A DNA stretch of 62,654 nt from an uncultured Bacilli bacterium. Its GTDB lineage: Bacteria; Bacillota_I; Bacilli_A; RF39; UBA660. The stretch is taken from the NCBI GenBank assembly GCA_944358735.1, contig CALVRT010000081.1, positions 1 to 62,654 on the forward strand, written 5' to 3'. How positions within the stretch are numbered: position 1 is the stretch's first letter; every line of letters begins with the position of its first letter. Shown here one piece after another: positions 9,045 to 19,289 of the stretch. Under the pieces are notes generated by a model that had not been told where the DNA came from, searched no databases, and saw nothing but the letters and a program-made list of their open reading frames with translations. The position numbers and the translations under genes were made by a program.

Positions 9045-10739
9045 TTATGCTATTCCTCCAATTGTTTTAACTTTAGGTTTTTCAAGGTTTTCGTCTTCCT
9101 TCTTTAAAGCCATAAAGTCAACTTTACCAATATCAGTTAATGGGATATCTGTTCTAAATTTATATTCAGCTGGTGTAAAATATTCAGGAAATCCAGCTTC
9201 GTCAATCATTTCATTTAATTCACTTATGATTTTTTCTTCTTCACCAATATAATCAGGTTTTAAAACAATGTGAGCTTTAGGAACTTCTTTATCGACTGAG
9301 TCATATACCCCTACTACCGCACAAGCTTCAACAGCTGGATGTTTAGCAAAAAGATTTTCTAGCTCTGATGGAAATACTTTATAACCACTACGAGCAATCA
9401 TCCTTTTTATTCGGTCAACAGTATATATCAAACCATTTTCATCAACATAGCCAATATCACCAGTATGAATCCAATACTTTCCATCACTATGTTTTATTTT
9501 TATTTCATCAGTTGCCTCTTGATTATTTAAATAACCTTTCATAATTGTTGGCGTATTTATACATAGTTCTCCTTTATTGTTATAAGTAAGTTCTTCTTCA
9601 GTTCCTGGCTCAAAGGCACTAATAGTAGTTTTAGAAAGTGGTATTCCATTACTACCTGAAGCATTAATATCTTTAAAAGAACAAGTTGCAACTGAACTAC
9701 ATTCAGTTAAACTATATCCCTTCATATATACAGCCATACTACCGTGTTCCCGAAGAAAATTATTTAAGCTATCTTCAAACTGTTCTAAAGTTTTATCACC
9801 ACCACCTAAAATAGCTTTAAAATGAGAAAGGTCGTGATTAATCATTTTGGGACTTTTCATAAGTGTTTCAAAATATGTAGGTACTCCCATCATAACATTA
9901 GGTTTATGTTTAATAACTAAATCATCAATTTTTTCAACTTCAAATTTTGGAACTAATGCAGTTTTCCAACCTAATACAGTTGGTGTATGCAAAGCTAAAA
10001 CTGTACCAAAAGCCACAAATGGAACAATTACATTTAAAAATACATCGCCTCTTTCAACTCCTGAAGGACAGTTTTGTACTTGAATCATTGCGGCATTAAA
10101 GTTTTCGTTAGAAAGAAGAACAGCTTTCGGCACACCAGTAGTTCCGCCAGTATGAACAATACCTGCTGGATAATCTTTCGTATATTCTTTAACCGGCACT
10201 TTCTGAACATTTTGTCCATTTTTAATAAAATCTTTCCATTTGATATATGGTCCTTGTTCAGGAATATCTAGTGGTTTTAGTTCTCCTTTTTTAGTTTTTA
10301 TTTTATCGCTAACTTGCTTACCAATTTTTAATGGCAATGGTAAGGAATCATTAGCACTAAAAACAACTACATTTTCAACTTTAGTATTTTCGATAGCGTT
10401 TTTTACATTTGGATAACATAAATCTAAAGTAACTAAACATTGAGAATCGACTTCATTTAAGTACCGATTAATACCTTTCGCATTTGTTCTTGGGTCAATT
10501 ACATTAGGAATTGCTCCAATTTTATTCAAAGCATAAAATGAATAGATAAGTTCTGGCGTTGAAACACCACATATAGTTACAATGTCACCGGCTTTAACGC
10601 CTAAACTCACATATGCTTTGGCAGTTTTATCAATTTCATCAAATAACTTTTGATAAGTTATTTTTTTACCAAAATAGTTTAAAACCTCATCACCTTTATG
10701 TTCCTTGTTATAATCCCATAAAACTTCATAACAAGTCAT
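9045..10739 (-). CDS. AMP-binding acyl-CoA synthetase / fatty-acid-CoA ligase family enzyme; intact part only (see finding on the interrupted N-terminus)
   Basis: HTGGTTGVPKAV, GYSLTE and TGDIGYVDENG motifs. The conserved-looking coding frame continues upstream to ATG 10883 but is broken by TAA at 10865..10863. Confidence 0.85.
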   Translation of the reverse strand: MTCYEVLWDYNKEHKGDEVLNYFGKKITYQKLFDEIDKTAKAYVSLGVKAGDIVTICGVSTPELIYSFYALNKIGAIPNVIDPRTNAKGINRYLNEVDSQCLVTLDLCYPNVKNAIENTKVENVVVFSANDSLPLPLKIGKQVSDKIKTKKGELKPLDIPEQGPYIKWKDFIKNGQNVQKVPVKEYTKDYPAGIVHTGGTTGVPKAVLLSNENFNAAMIQVQNCPSGVERGDVFLNVIVPFVAFGTVLALHTPTVLGWKTALVPKFEVEKIDDLVIKHKPNVMMGVPTYFETLMKSPKMINHDLSHFKAILGGGDKTLEQFEDSLNNFLREHGSMAVYMKGYSLTECSSVATCSFKDINASGSNGIPLSKTTISAFEPGTEEELTYNNKGELCINTPTIMKGYLNNQEATDEIKIKHSDGKYWIHTGDIGYVDENGLIYTVDRIKRMIARSGYKVFPSELENLFAKHPAVEACAVVGVYDSVDKEVPKAHIVLKPDYIGEEEKIISELNEMIDEAGFPEYFTPAEYKFRTDIPLTDIGKVDFMALKKEDENLEKPKVKTIGGIA

Positions 10740-10957
10740 TTCTGGTATTTCAGCACTTTTTTGTTCATCAGTATAGTACTGAAGCCAAGGTTTATCAATA
10801 GATGGATAACCAGTTAGCTTTTTACTTTTTTCTTTGTCAAGCTTTCCGTTTTGCGGTACATCTTAAATCTTTAAATTCTCCATAATACCTCCCTGTTTTC
10901 GGCATACTTTTCTTTGTATTACCTAATAGCATTATAACAGTTTTTTCAGAAAAATAC

Positions 10958-10981
10958 AAAAAAAAACACTGAAATTTCAGT
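10958..10981 (-). terminator. intrinsic terminator after rnhC
   Basis: Minus strand reads ACTGAAATTTCAGT, then g, then T9. Confidence 0.75.
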
Positions 10982-10994
10982 ATTTTTTACATTT

Positions 10995-11942
10995 TTAAAG
11001 CTTTTTTATCTTTTCAGTATTTTTAAAATTAAGTTTTACCAGATCATTTAAGGCACTAAAGTCACTTTGTCTAACAATTTTCATTGCCGCTTCATCAGCT
11101 AGTTCCCCTGCTCCTTTTGGTAAATAGAACCCAACATTTTTACTCATTTTATCAAACTCTTTAATAAAGGCATACCGGCTAATAAGTGATGCACAAGCAA
11201 CTGATAGACATTTATCTTCAGCTTTAGTTATAAAAGTAATATTTCTTTGAACTTCTGGAGCTTTAATAAGATATTTATAATATGAGCTAGGCGACGTAAA
11301 CTGGTCGACAACAATATAGTCAGCTTGTTTGCCATATTTTTCATTTAAATCAAGTAAAACTTTATTATGAAGAATTGCTTTCATCGCATTCATATTAATA
11401 TCAGCACTATATTTTCCATTATAATCACGATTAGTTAAAATACGTGTTGAATAAGGAATTTTTTTAATAATTTCTGGAACTATTTTTAAAATCTGGGCAT
11501 CAGTTAATTTTTTAGAATCCTTAACACCTAAATCCTCTAAAAAAGGAATATTTTCTTTAGAAACAAAAGTGCTAGTTACAACAATTGGCCCAAAATAATC
11601 ACCAGTTCCTACTTCATCAGAACCAATTGTATTAGTATAATAAACAAAACTTTTCTCCGCTGGCTCTTTCTTTTTCTCACCAGCTACTTTCATTTCCCCT
11701 TTACCGCCATTTAATTTTTTTTCTGTTTCAAGCCAAATATTCGCATCCATATCAGCGCATATTCCTTGAAATACGGCTTTCCCACTTTGATAAAGAGTTA
11801 CAACTGTATCCATTTCATCAGCTTGAAACACTGCATAAGGTGGCGTTTTTGGACGTTTTTTATCTTCAAAGTACTCTTCCATTTTTTTCATTGTATTTTC
11901 GCTAACTTTTAAAGTTACTGTTTTTGTTTTTGCTTTTGCCAT
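10995..11942 (-). CDS. rnhC: ribonuclease HIII
   Basis: GSDEVGTGDYFGP and GVKDSKKL catalytic motifs follow an N-terminal TBP-like domain. Start is probably ATG 11942 (GGGTGAT upstream). Confidence 0.9.
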   Translation of the reverse strand: MAKAKTKTVTLKVSENTMKKMEEYFEDKKRPKTPPYAVFQADEMDTVVTLYQSGKAVFQGICADMDANIWLETEKKLNGGKGEMKVAGEKKKEPAEKSFVYYTNTIGSDEVGTGDYFGPIVVTSTFVSKENIPFLEDLGVKDSKKLTDAQILKIVPEIIKKIPYSTRILTNRDYNGKYSADINMNAMKAILHNKVLLDLNEKYGKQADYIVVDQFTSPSSYYKYLIKAPEVQRNITFITKAEDKCLSVACASLISRYAFIKEFDKMSKNVGFYLPKGAGELADEAAMKIVRQSDFSALNDLVKLNFKNTEKIKKL

Positions 11943-12124
11943 TTTTATCACCCTACTACTAATTCTAACACAAACAAAAAGTTATCTCAAGTAGTTTATT
12001 TTTGTAAACAAAAAGAAGTCCGGACGCAAGTTAAATAAATTAATTTCCAAATCTATGGTAACTTCCTTTTCTGTATTTACAGCTTATTATAATTAAAAAT
12101 AACTATCAATGCCTTTTTCCTATT

Positions 12125-13318
12125 TTATAGTGATTTCCTCACAAAATTTGGCTTTTTAAATGCTATACAGTTATAATTTGGCTCATTATAATTACTTAAA
12201 TCAAAATTTTTAAATGTTTCTTGCATAATTTTATTATTTTCTTTAACTGAATAAGCTCCAAAATTATAATTATTTAATCCTTTTCTAAAAACATAATAGC
12301 CACCAGGAAGCGATAAATTATTATAATCATAATTATCATATATTTTTCCGTTTGCCGAATCAAACAAATACCATCTATCATTTAAATAAATTTCTAAAAA
12401 TATATGTCCGCGGACCATTTTAGCTTTATCATTTTCCTCCTGTAAATCTTTAATCCAATCAATGTGAGCACTAGAAACAAAAATCGCCGGAACTCCCTTA
12501 AGTCTTAAAACAGTGCCCAATACTAATCCCGCATCATTACAACCAGACCAAATTTTAGATTTTATAATATCTTCAGTGACCCGGCTAAACTTATCTACCT
12601 CATCTAAAGTAAACTCATTTAAAAATATATTATGAAGTCTCTCTATATCATCTAAACTTTTAATTTCTCCAACCATATCGGCAAATTCCATCATTGCAAG
12701 TCCTACATTATTTTGCATACTATTAATTAAAAAATCATTTAAATTAGTTCTGTCTATATTACAAATTTCTTTTAATGATGGATTAACTTTAGGTGCTTTT
12801 TCAGCATATTTTTGTAAACTATCTTTAATATTAACTATATAACGGCGAAGAACACTACCTTTATGCGTGATATCTATACAAACATCTCGTAAAACACCAT
12901 AATTTTTTTCAATTATGTTAATTGAACCAATATTTCTTTCATCACAAGTTATCATAACTTCTTTTAAACCTAACTTTTGGCACTCTTCTAATGCTAAATG
13001 ACACGATAACGTTCCATAACCTTTACCTCTGTAGCTTGGTGCGATTTCATAACTAATATGGCCACCATATTTTTTAAATATTTCATCTTTATCAATATCA
13101 ATTTTTATAATAATTAAACCAACTGGATTATTATTTTCTATTAACAAAAATGGTATAATTTTCATTTCATTTTGAGTCAATTTATCAAGCCAGCCATAAA
13201 AGTTAGATTGTCTCATTCCAAGTTTAACATTAGGAATATTTTTAATAAAGTCATTATTATAAATCTCCATTAAATCAACATCATCATCAGTTATCCGTTT
13301 TAAATAAGCCTTATTCAT
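12125..13318 (-). CDS. two-domain protein: N-terminal GNAT acetyltransferase fused to a transglutaminase-like (Cys-His-Asp) domain
   Basis: The GNAT core reads PSYRGKGYGTLSCHLALEECQKLGL. The C-terminal half has WSGCNDAG (Cys), RGHIFLEIY (His) and YLFDS (Asp) in the order expected for a transglutaminase/papain-like core. Confidence 0.6.
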   Translation of the reverse strand: MNKAYLKRITDDDVDLMEIYNNDFIKNIPNVKLGMRQSNFYGWLDKLTQNEMKIIPFLLIENNNPVGLIIIKIDIDKDEIFKKYGGHISYEIAPSYRGKGYGTLSCHLALEECQKLGLKEVMITCDERNIGSINIIEKNYGVLRDVCIDITHKGSVLRRYIVNIKDSLQKYAEKAPKVNPSLKEICNIDRTNLNDFLINSMQNNVGLAMMEFADMVGEIKSLDDIERLHNIFLNEFTLDEVDKFSRVTEDIIKSKIWSGCNDAGLVLGTVLRLKGVPAIFVSSAHIDWIKDLQEENDKAKMVRGHIFLEIYLNDRWYLFDSANGKIYDNYDYNNLSLPGGYYVFRKGLNNYNFGAYSVKENNKIMQETFKNFDLSNYNEPNYNCIAFKKPNFVRKSL

Positions 13319-13416
13319 AATTCACCTCTTGATACATCAATAATATCACAAAGAAAAAAATTAAACAATCTTTATTTTTCTTTAGAAATGTAATATAATT
13401 ATAATGGAGGAGATTT

Positions 13417-14118
13417 ATGAATATTATTGATGTTGTAATTTTAGCTTTTATTGCTTTAGGCGCTTTTGTTGGTTTTAAACAAGGCTTTACTAAAAGTTTA
13501 GTTAACTGTATTGGTTACATTGTAATTATTATTCTAGCCTTTATTTTAAAAAATCCAATTAGTGAACTTTTAATGAGCTTTATGCCCTTCTTTGATTTCT
13601 TTGGCCTTATTAAAGGACTTACGGTCTTTAATATCGCTTTATATGAAATAATTGCCTTTTTACTAGTATTTAGTATTTTACTAATTGTTTTGAAAATACT
13701 ATTATTAGTAACAGGCATCTTTGAAAAGATTTTAAGTTTTACAATTATTTTAGGTATCCCTTCAAAAATACTAGGAGCTGTGATTGGTCTTATTAAAAAT
13801 TTTGTTATTGTTTTTGCAGTTTTATACGTTTTAAACTTATTTAATATTACCGGTTTAGAAAATTCTAAACTAAAAGACCAAATATTAAATAATACACCAA
13901 TTTTAGGTAGTTTGGCTGGTGAAACTACAGACGTAGCTAAAGAATTTGCCAGTATAAAAGACAAGTATACAGGTACAACCAATAACAATGAATTTAATTT
14001 AGAAACTTTAGATTTATTCTTAAAATATGGGATTGTAACTCCCGAAACTGCTCAAAAGTTAATCGATAATGGTAAACTTAAAATAACTGGTGCGGAAAGC
14101 ATAATTGATAAATATTAG
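13417..14118 (+). CDS. cvpA: CvpA-family membrane protein
   Basis: The N-terminus MNIIDVVILAFIALGAFVGFKQGF and 4 TM helices are typical of CvpA. Confidence 0.8.
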   Translation: MNIIDVVILAFIALGAFVGFKQGFTKSLVNCIGYIVIIILAFILKNPISELLMSFMPFFDFFGLIKGLTVFNIALYEIIAFLLVFSILLIVLKILLLVTGIFEKILSFTIILGIPSKILGAVIGLIKNFVIVFAVLYVLNLFNITGLENSKLKDQILNNTPILGSLAGETTDVAKEFASIKDKYTGTTNNNEFNLETLDLFLKYGIVTPETAQKLIDNGKLKITGAESIIDKY

Positions 14119-14132
14119 AAAGGACTGATAAT

Positions 14133-14426
14133 ATGTTAGAAGGTAATGTTACAAATTTTGATGAAATAATAAATGAAGGAAATGTGCTAGTAGATTTTTA
14201 TGCCACTTGGTGTGGACCGTGCAAGATGTTAGCGCCAGAACTTGAAACCATTCAAGATAAAGTTAAAATTGTGAAAATTGATATTGATAAAAATCCTGAT
14301 TTATGCAAAAGATATGGCGTTATGAGTGTACCTACTCTAATCTACTTTACATCTAAAGATAATTATAAAACTCATACTGGTTATATGCCAAAAGAAAACA
14401 TTTTAAACTGGCTTAATATTGACTAA
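14133..14426 (+). CDS. trxA: thioredoxin
   Basis: WCGPC active site; about 100 aa. Confidence 0.9.
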   Translation: MLEGNVTNFDEIINEGNVLVDFYATWCGPCKMLAPELETIQDKVKIVKIDIDKNPDLCKRYGVMSVPTLIYFTSKDNYKTHTGYMPKENILNWLNID

Positions 14427-14482
14427 CTTAAAATTAAAAGGTATAATCGTATATGAAATTTAATTAGAAAAGAGGTATGATT

Positions 14483-15028
14483 ATGGAATTAAAAGGTTCA
14501 AAAACAGAAAGCAATTTACTTACCGCTTTTGCTGGAGAAAGCCAAGCAAGAAATAAATATACTTACTTTGCTTCAACCGCTAAAAGTGAAGGTTATCAAC
14601 AAATAGGAGCAATTTTTGAAGAAACAGCTAACAATGAAAAAGAACACGCTAAAATGTGGTTAAAATTATTATTTGAAGGTGACATTAAAGACAGTTTAAA
14701 TGTAACAACTATGGAAGCTTTAAAATTAGCTGCTGAAGGTGAAAATTATGAATGGACTGATATGTACGCTAATTTCGCTAAAGAAGCCAAAGAAGAAGGC
14801 TTTGACCATATAGCTTACCTATTTGAAGAAGTTGCTAAAATCGAAAAAGAACACGAAAACAGATATTTAAAATTATTAGAAGCTGTTAAAGAAGAAAAAG
14901 TGTTTAAAAAAGAAGCTCCAAAAATGTGGATTTGCCGGAACTGTGGACACGTACACTATGGTGAAGAAGCTCCAGAAGTTTGTCCAGTATGTGCTCATCC
15001 AAAAGCTTATTTTGAACTTAGATGTTAA
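14483..15028 (+). CDS. rbr: rubrerythrin
   Basis: Ferritin-like E..H pairs ([18 protein letters not shown]) plus a C-terminal rubredoxin CRNCG...CPVC. The second ATG (14483) is better spaced from AGAGG. Confidence 0.9.
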   Translation: MELKGSKTESNLLTAFAGESQARNKYTYFASTAKSEGYQQIGAIFEETANNEKEHAKMWLKLLFEGDIKDSLNVTTMEALKLAAEGENYEWTDMYANFAKEAKEEGFDHIAYLFEEVAKIEKEHENRYLKLLEAVKEEKVFKKEAPKMWICRNCGHVHYGEEAPEVCPVCAHPKAYFELRC

Positions 15029-15033
15029 AATTA

Positions 15034-15058
15034 TTAGTCTGCGGACTAATTTTTTTTA
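15034..15058 (+). terminator. intrinsic terminator after rbr
   Basis: TTAGTC-tgcg-GACTAA followed by a T run. Confidence 0.8.
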
Positions 15059-15133
15059 CTATTTTTTCTTGTTTTAATTTAATTAAAAATAATTATACTA
15101 ATACTGTAGCCTAATTTTATAGGAGATGATTCA

Positions 15134-16126
15134 GTGTTTTTTAAAAATTTTCAAAAAACCATCATCACGCTTCTTCTTTTATTATGTATTATTCCAGTAA
15201 ATGTTTTTGCTTATTCAGAATATATAATGCCTGGCGGAGAAAATATTGGAATAAAATTAAATTCAAAAGGAATTTTAATTGTCGGTGTTTATAAAGTTGG
15301 AGATGAATATCCAGCAACTGAAGCTGGTCTTAAAACTGGAGACGTTATTACAGCCATAAACGGTAGTGAAGTTGAAACAATTGAAGAAATGGCTTCTAAA
15401 ATAAATACTGATGAAAGTGAAAATGTTAAAATCAGTTATGAACGAGATGGCAAAACTAAAGAAGCCACGTTAAAGCTTTACAAAGACTCTAATGATGTTT
15501 ATAAGACTGGTTTATATGTCAAAGATAGTACAACTGGTATTGGTACATTAACCTTTATCGACCCAAATACCAAAACTTTCGGAGCATTAGGTCACGAAAT
15601 ACAAAGTCAGGAAACTGGTGAAGTTTTAGAAATAAAAGACGGTAAAATTTTTAATTCAACTGTTACCGGAATCAAACCAAGTTCTGATGGCGTACCTGGC
15701 GAAAAGGAAGCCGAATATGATGCTACTAAAACAACTGGCGATGTTGATGAAAATACCACCCAAGGTATCTTTGGAACTTACACGGCAGAATTACCAAATA
15801 AAGATACTTACAAGGTAGCCGAACCCGAAGATATAAAAACCGGCAATGCCAAAATTTTAACCGTTTTAGAAGGAAGCACAATTAATGAATATGATATTAA
15901 AATTACTGAAATAAATAAAGACGATGCCAAAAATAAAAACTTTATTTTTGAAATAACCGATGAAGATTTACTTAACAAAACTAATGGAATCATTCAAGGT
16001 ATGAGTGGCTCTCCTATTATTCAAGGAGATTATATTATTGGAGCGGTTACTCACGTTGTCGTTGATAATCCACATAAAGGTTATGGAATATTTATTACTA
16101 ATATGTTAGAAGAAGCCGAAAATTAA
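15134..16126 (+). CDS. spoIVB: stage IV sporulation protein B (SpoIVB signalling serine peptidase, S55)
   Basis: PDZ domain (GLKTGDVITAINGSEV), then GTLTFIDPNTKTFGALGH and IQGMSGSPII catalytic motifs. GTG start. Confidence 0.85.
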   Translation: MFFKNFQKTIITLLLLLCIIPVNVFAYSEYIMPGGENIGIKLNSKGILIVGVYKVGDEYPATEAGLKTGDVITAINGSEVETIEEMASKINTDESENVKISYERDGKTKEATLKLYKDSNDVYKTGLYVKDSTTGIGTLTFIDPNTKTFGALGHEIQSQETGEVLEIKDGKIFNSTVTGIKPSSDGVPGEKEAEYDATKTTGDVDENTTQGIFGTYTAELPNKDTYKVAEPEDIKTGNAKILTVLEGSTINEYDIKITEINKDDAKNKNFIFEITDEDLLNKTNGIIQGMSGSPIIQGDYIIGAVTHVVVDNPHKGYGIFITNMLEEAEN

Positions 16127-16128
16127 AA

Positions 16129-16182
16129 CAGGGATAGTGATGTCTCCCAATTGGGATTCACATCATAGTTCCCTGCTTTTTT
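16129..16182. terminator. long hairpin acting as a bidirectional terminator between spoIVB and the minus-strand sRNA unit
   Basis: CAGGGATAGTGATGT ... ACATCATAGTTCCCTG with T runs on both strands. Confidence 0.65.
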
Positions 16183-16186
16183 ACAT

Positions 16187-16355
16187 AAAAAAATGTCTAA
16201 AAGTGCGCCTTTTAACGATAAAACCGGGCTCACCAGGTGGGCATCACATTATATATTTTAGGATTCTTATAATATAAGCCTTCAACACCATATATAAATT
16301 AGATTCCCGAATCGTTATTTGTAGGTTTTTCATAATCGGCTAACATCTTTTAGAC
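16187..16355 (-). ncRNA. stand-alone structured small RNA of about 169 nt; candidate 6S-like RNA
   Basis: It has its own consensus promoter. The 5' GUCUAAAAG pairs with the 3' CUUUUAGAC, which is directly followed by U7. There is no ORF or RBS. Extended imperfect end-to-end pairing occurs (GCC/GGC, CGAU/AUCG, AAAACC/GGUUUU). Confidence 0.55.
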
Positions 16356-16361
16356 AATTAA

Positions 16362-16390
16362 ATTATATCATACTTTTTTCACTTTGACAA
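16362..16390 (-). promoter_or_regulatory. sigma-A type promoter of the sRNA unit
   Basis: Minus strand reads TTGTCA (16390..16385), 17 nt, TATAAT (16367..16362). A G at 16355 is the likely start. The -35 abuts the pnp stop codon. Confidence 0.7.
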
Positions 16391-16392
16391 GG

Positions 16393-18522
16393 TTATTTTA
16401 AAGCCTCTTTTCGTGATAAATTAAGTCGTCCTTTACGGTCATAACCTAAAGCTTTAACAATTATTTCGTCACCAACTTTAACCATATCACTAGGTTTTTC
16501 CACTCTTTCTTTAGCTAACTGTGAAACGTGCACTAGGCCTTCACACCCAGGCCATAGTTCAACAAAACATCCAAAGTCTTCTACTTTAACAACCTTACCG
16601 GTATAAATTTTACCCTCTTCGACTTCCCGAACCACATCTTTTATTTTTCTAGCTGTTTCCTCAATTATTTCTTTATCTGTATGATAAATAATAACCGTTC
16701 CATCATCTTCTAAATCAACTTTTACCGCATTGACATCATTAACACTTTTAACATTACTAGTCTCTAAAATGATTTTAGTAATCATTTCCCCACCACGACC
16801 AATAACATCTTTAATTTTTTCTGGGTCAATAGTAAAAGTCATCATTTTAGGGGCATATTTACTAACTTCCGGTCTTGGTTCTGGAATAGTATCAGTAATC
16901 ACTTTTAAAACTTTTAACCGGGCTTTTTTAGCGGCTTCTAAAGCTTCAGCTAATATTTCTTTACTTACACCCTTTATTTTAATATCCATTTGTAAAGCAC
17001 AAATACCATCTTCAGTTCCCGCAACTTTAAAATCCATATCACCTAAATGGTCTTCAAGGCCTTGAATATCCGTTAAAATTGTATAATCATCGCCTGAAGT
17101 AATTAAACCCATAGCAATTCCTGCTACCGGTGCTTTTATCGGTACACCGGCTGCCATTAAACTCATACATCCCGCACAAATACTTGCTTGAGATGAAGAA
17201 CCATTACTTTCAAGTATTTCTGATACAACTCTAATTGTATAAGGAAATTCTTCTTCTGATGGTAAAACTTGAAGCAACGCTTTTTCTCCCAAAGCTCCAT
17301 GGCCTATTTCTCTTCGTCCAGGAGCTCCATAACGACCTGTTTCGCCAACTGAAAATTGTGGGAAATTATAATGAAGCATAAACCTTTTTTCACTTTCTAA
17401 ATCAAGGCCATCTAAAATTTGATGTTCGCCTAAAGCCCCTAATGTTGTTACTGATAAACTCTGGGTTTCGCCTCTTGTAAATAAAGCTGACCCGTGCGTT
17501 CTTGGTAGTAAATCTACTTCGGCTGATAATGGCCTTATTTCATCTAACATTCGGCCATCAGGTCTAATATGTTCACCTACAACAATTTTGCGAAATTCAG
17601 TATATTCAATATCTTCTAAAATTAGTTTAATTTTGGTCGTTAATAAATCAATTTCCTCTTTAGTTAAATCACTATATTTTTCTAATAAAGTATTAATTGC
17701 ATTTTCTTTTGCTTCATCAACGGCTTTTTTTGATTCTAATTTACCTTTTACCTTTAAGCCATCATATATTCCCTTTGTAGCTAATGCTTTAACTTCTTCT
17801 TTTAAGTCATTATTTATTTCTAATGTTTCATATTCCATTTTTTCTAGGCCAATTTCTTTAATAATCTCATTTTGAAACTTCGTTAATTCTTGGACCGCTC
17901 TATGGCCAAACTGAAGCGCTTCAAGCATATCTTCTTCTTTAACTTGTTTCGCACTTGATTCAACCATATTAATGCTGTCATAAGTACCAGCAACAGTTAA
18001 ATCAATGTCCGATACTTCACTTTGTTCAGTTGTCGGATTAATAACAAACTCGCCATTTACTCGCCCAACTTTAACACTAGCGACTGGGCCATCAAAAGGA
18101 ATTTTACTTATTGATGTAGCTAACGATGAACCAAATAAAGCTGCCATTTCTGGAGAATTATCTGGGTCAACTGATAAAACTGTATTAATAATTTGAACCT
18201 CATTTTTAAAACCAGCTGGAAATAATGGGCGCATTGGCCGGTCAATCATTCGCGCCGCTAGAGTCGCATTTTCAGTTGGTCGGCCCTCTCTTTTAATAAA
18301 ACCACCAGGAATTTTACCAACTGAATATAATTTTTCTTGATATAATACAGTCAGTGGAAAAAAATCGGCCAAAACATTAACATTATCAGAAACAACTGCC
18401 ACACTTAAAACAACAGTATCACCATATCTAACTAAAACAGCTCCATCTGCTTGTTTAGCAAGTTCTCCGTGTTCAACAATTAATTTCCGGCCGTGAAAAT
18501 CTAATTCAAATGTTTTTTTCAT
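16393..18522 (-). CDS. pnp: polyribonucleotide nucleotidyltransferase (PNPase)
   Basis: Full-length architecture of two RNase PH domains plus KH plus S1 ([31 protein letters not shown]). Confidence 0.97.
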   Translation of the reverse strand: MKKTFELDFHGRKLIVEHGELAKQADGAVLVRYGDTVVLSVAVVSDNVNVLADFFPLTVLYQEKLYSVGKIPGGFIKREGRPTENATLAARMIDRPMRPLFPAGFKNEVQIINTVLSVDPDNSPEMAALFGSSLATSISKIPFDGPVASVKVGRVNGEFVINPTTEQSEVSDIDLTVAGTYDSINMVESSAKQVKEEDMLEALQFGHRAVQELTKFQNEIIKEIGLEKMEYETLEINNDLKEEVKALATKGIYDGLKVKGKLESKKAVDEAKENAINTLLEKYSDLTKEEIDLLTTKIKLILEDIEYTEFRKIVVGEHIRPDGRMLDEIRPLSAEVDLLPRTHGSALFTRGETQSLSVTTLGALGEHQILDGLDLESEKRFMLHYNFPQFSVGETGRYGAPGRREIGHGALGEKALLQVLPSEEEFPYTIRVVSEILESNGSSSQASICAGCMSLMAAGVPIKAPVAGIAMGLITSGDDYTILTDIQGLEDHLGDMDFKVAGTEDGICALQMDIKIKGVSKEILAEALEAAKKARLKVLKVITDTIPEPRPEVSKYAPKMMTFTIDPEKIKDVIGRGGEMITKIILETSNVKSVNDVNAVKVDLEDDGTVIIYHTDKEIIEETARKIKDVVREVEEGKIYTGKVVKVEDFGCFVELWPGCEGLVHVSQLAKERVEKPSDMVKVGDEIIVKALGYDRKGRLNLSRKEALK

Positions 18523-18591
18523 AAATGCCTCCTTATATATTTATGTCTTTAATATAGTTTAATTATACCACGTATCTTTTAATTTTTATAG

Positions 18592-18613
18592 AAAAAACAC
18601 TCAAAAAAGAGTG
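18592..18613 (-). terminator. rpsO terminator / pnp leader hairpin
   Basis: Minus strand reads CACTC-tttttt-GAGTG followed by T6. A TGgTATAAT promoter for pnp follows. Confidence 0.7.
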
Positions 18614-18617
18614 CCTA

Positions 18618-18887
18618 TTATTTTCTAAGTCCTAAACTTTTTACGATTTCACGATATCTAGTAACATCTTTTTCTTTTAAATAATTAAGCATACTTCTTC
18701 TACGACCAACTTTTTTAAGTAAGCCACGCCTAGAATGGAAATCGTGTGAATGAGTTTTTAAATGTTCAGTTAAATCAGCGATTTCTTTAGTTAAAATAGC
18801 GATTTGCACTTCTGCTGAACCAGTATCTCCTTCACTTCTAGCATATTTCTTAACAATTGCTTGTTTTTCATTTTTAGATAATGCCAT
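18618..18887 (-). CDS. rpsO: 30S ribosomal protein S15
   Basis: 89 aa with [11 protein letters not shown] and [20 protein letters not shown], 17 nt, TATAAT promoter at about 18966-18994. Confidence 0.97.
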   Translation of the reverse strand: MALSKNEKQAIVKKYARSEGDTGSAEVQIAILTKEIADLTEHLKTHSHDFHSRRGLLKKVGRRRSMLNYLKEKDVTRYREIVKSLGLRK

Positions 18888-19003
18888 AATACTCTCCTTT
18901 CTTTTATAATATTCGCTTATACCTAGATATAAAGATGGAGTTCTTTAAATCCACGAATAAGTACATTAATAATTATACACAAATTAAAGTTAAAAATCAA
19001 CTT

Positions 19004-19231
19004 TTAATTCATATATTTTTGCATTTGCTTCATCATTTGATTAACTTGTTTCTGACTAGGTGTTCTTCCCATACCACTCATCATCGCTTTAATCATTTGC
19101 TCATTGATTGGTGGATTTTCTTTTAATTGTTTTTTAAATAGTTTACGAGCGATTAAAAAACCAATAATTACGCCAACAACTAAACCACCAATTATTTTTA
19201 ATAAATCAAGTAGTAGTGCTCCCCACTCCAT
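19004..19231 (-). CDS. UPF0154 (YneF-like) small membrane protein
   Basis: A single N-terminal TM helix followed by [28 protein letters not shown], which is characteristic of this family. Confidence 0.75.
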   Translation of the reverse strand: MEWGALLLDLLKIIGGLVVGVIIGFLIARKLFKKQLKENPPINEQMIKAMMSGMGRTPSQKQVNQMMKQMQKYMN

Positions 19232-19289
19232 AATATCAATTCCTTTCTGTTATATAGTTTACTAAAAACTAAAGTATTTTGCAAGCAAA

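Noticed and set aside
10855-10866. Termination-reinitiation at the ATG embedded right after each early TAA (TAAGATGT here, TAAAATGT at 40301-40308)
   Set aside because: In both genes the ATG is in the +1 frame relative to the conserved downstream coding frame. It runs into a stop after 2 codons (ffh) or 15 codons (synthetase), so it cannot restore the protein.
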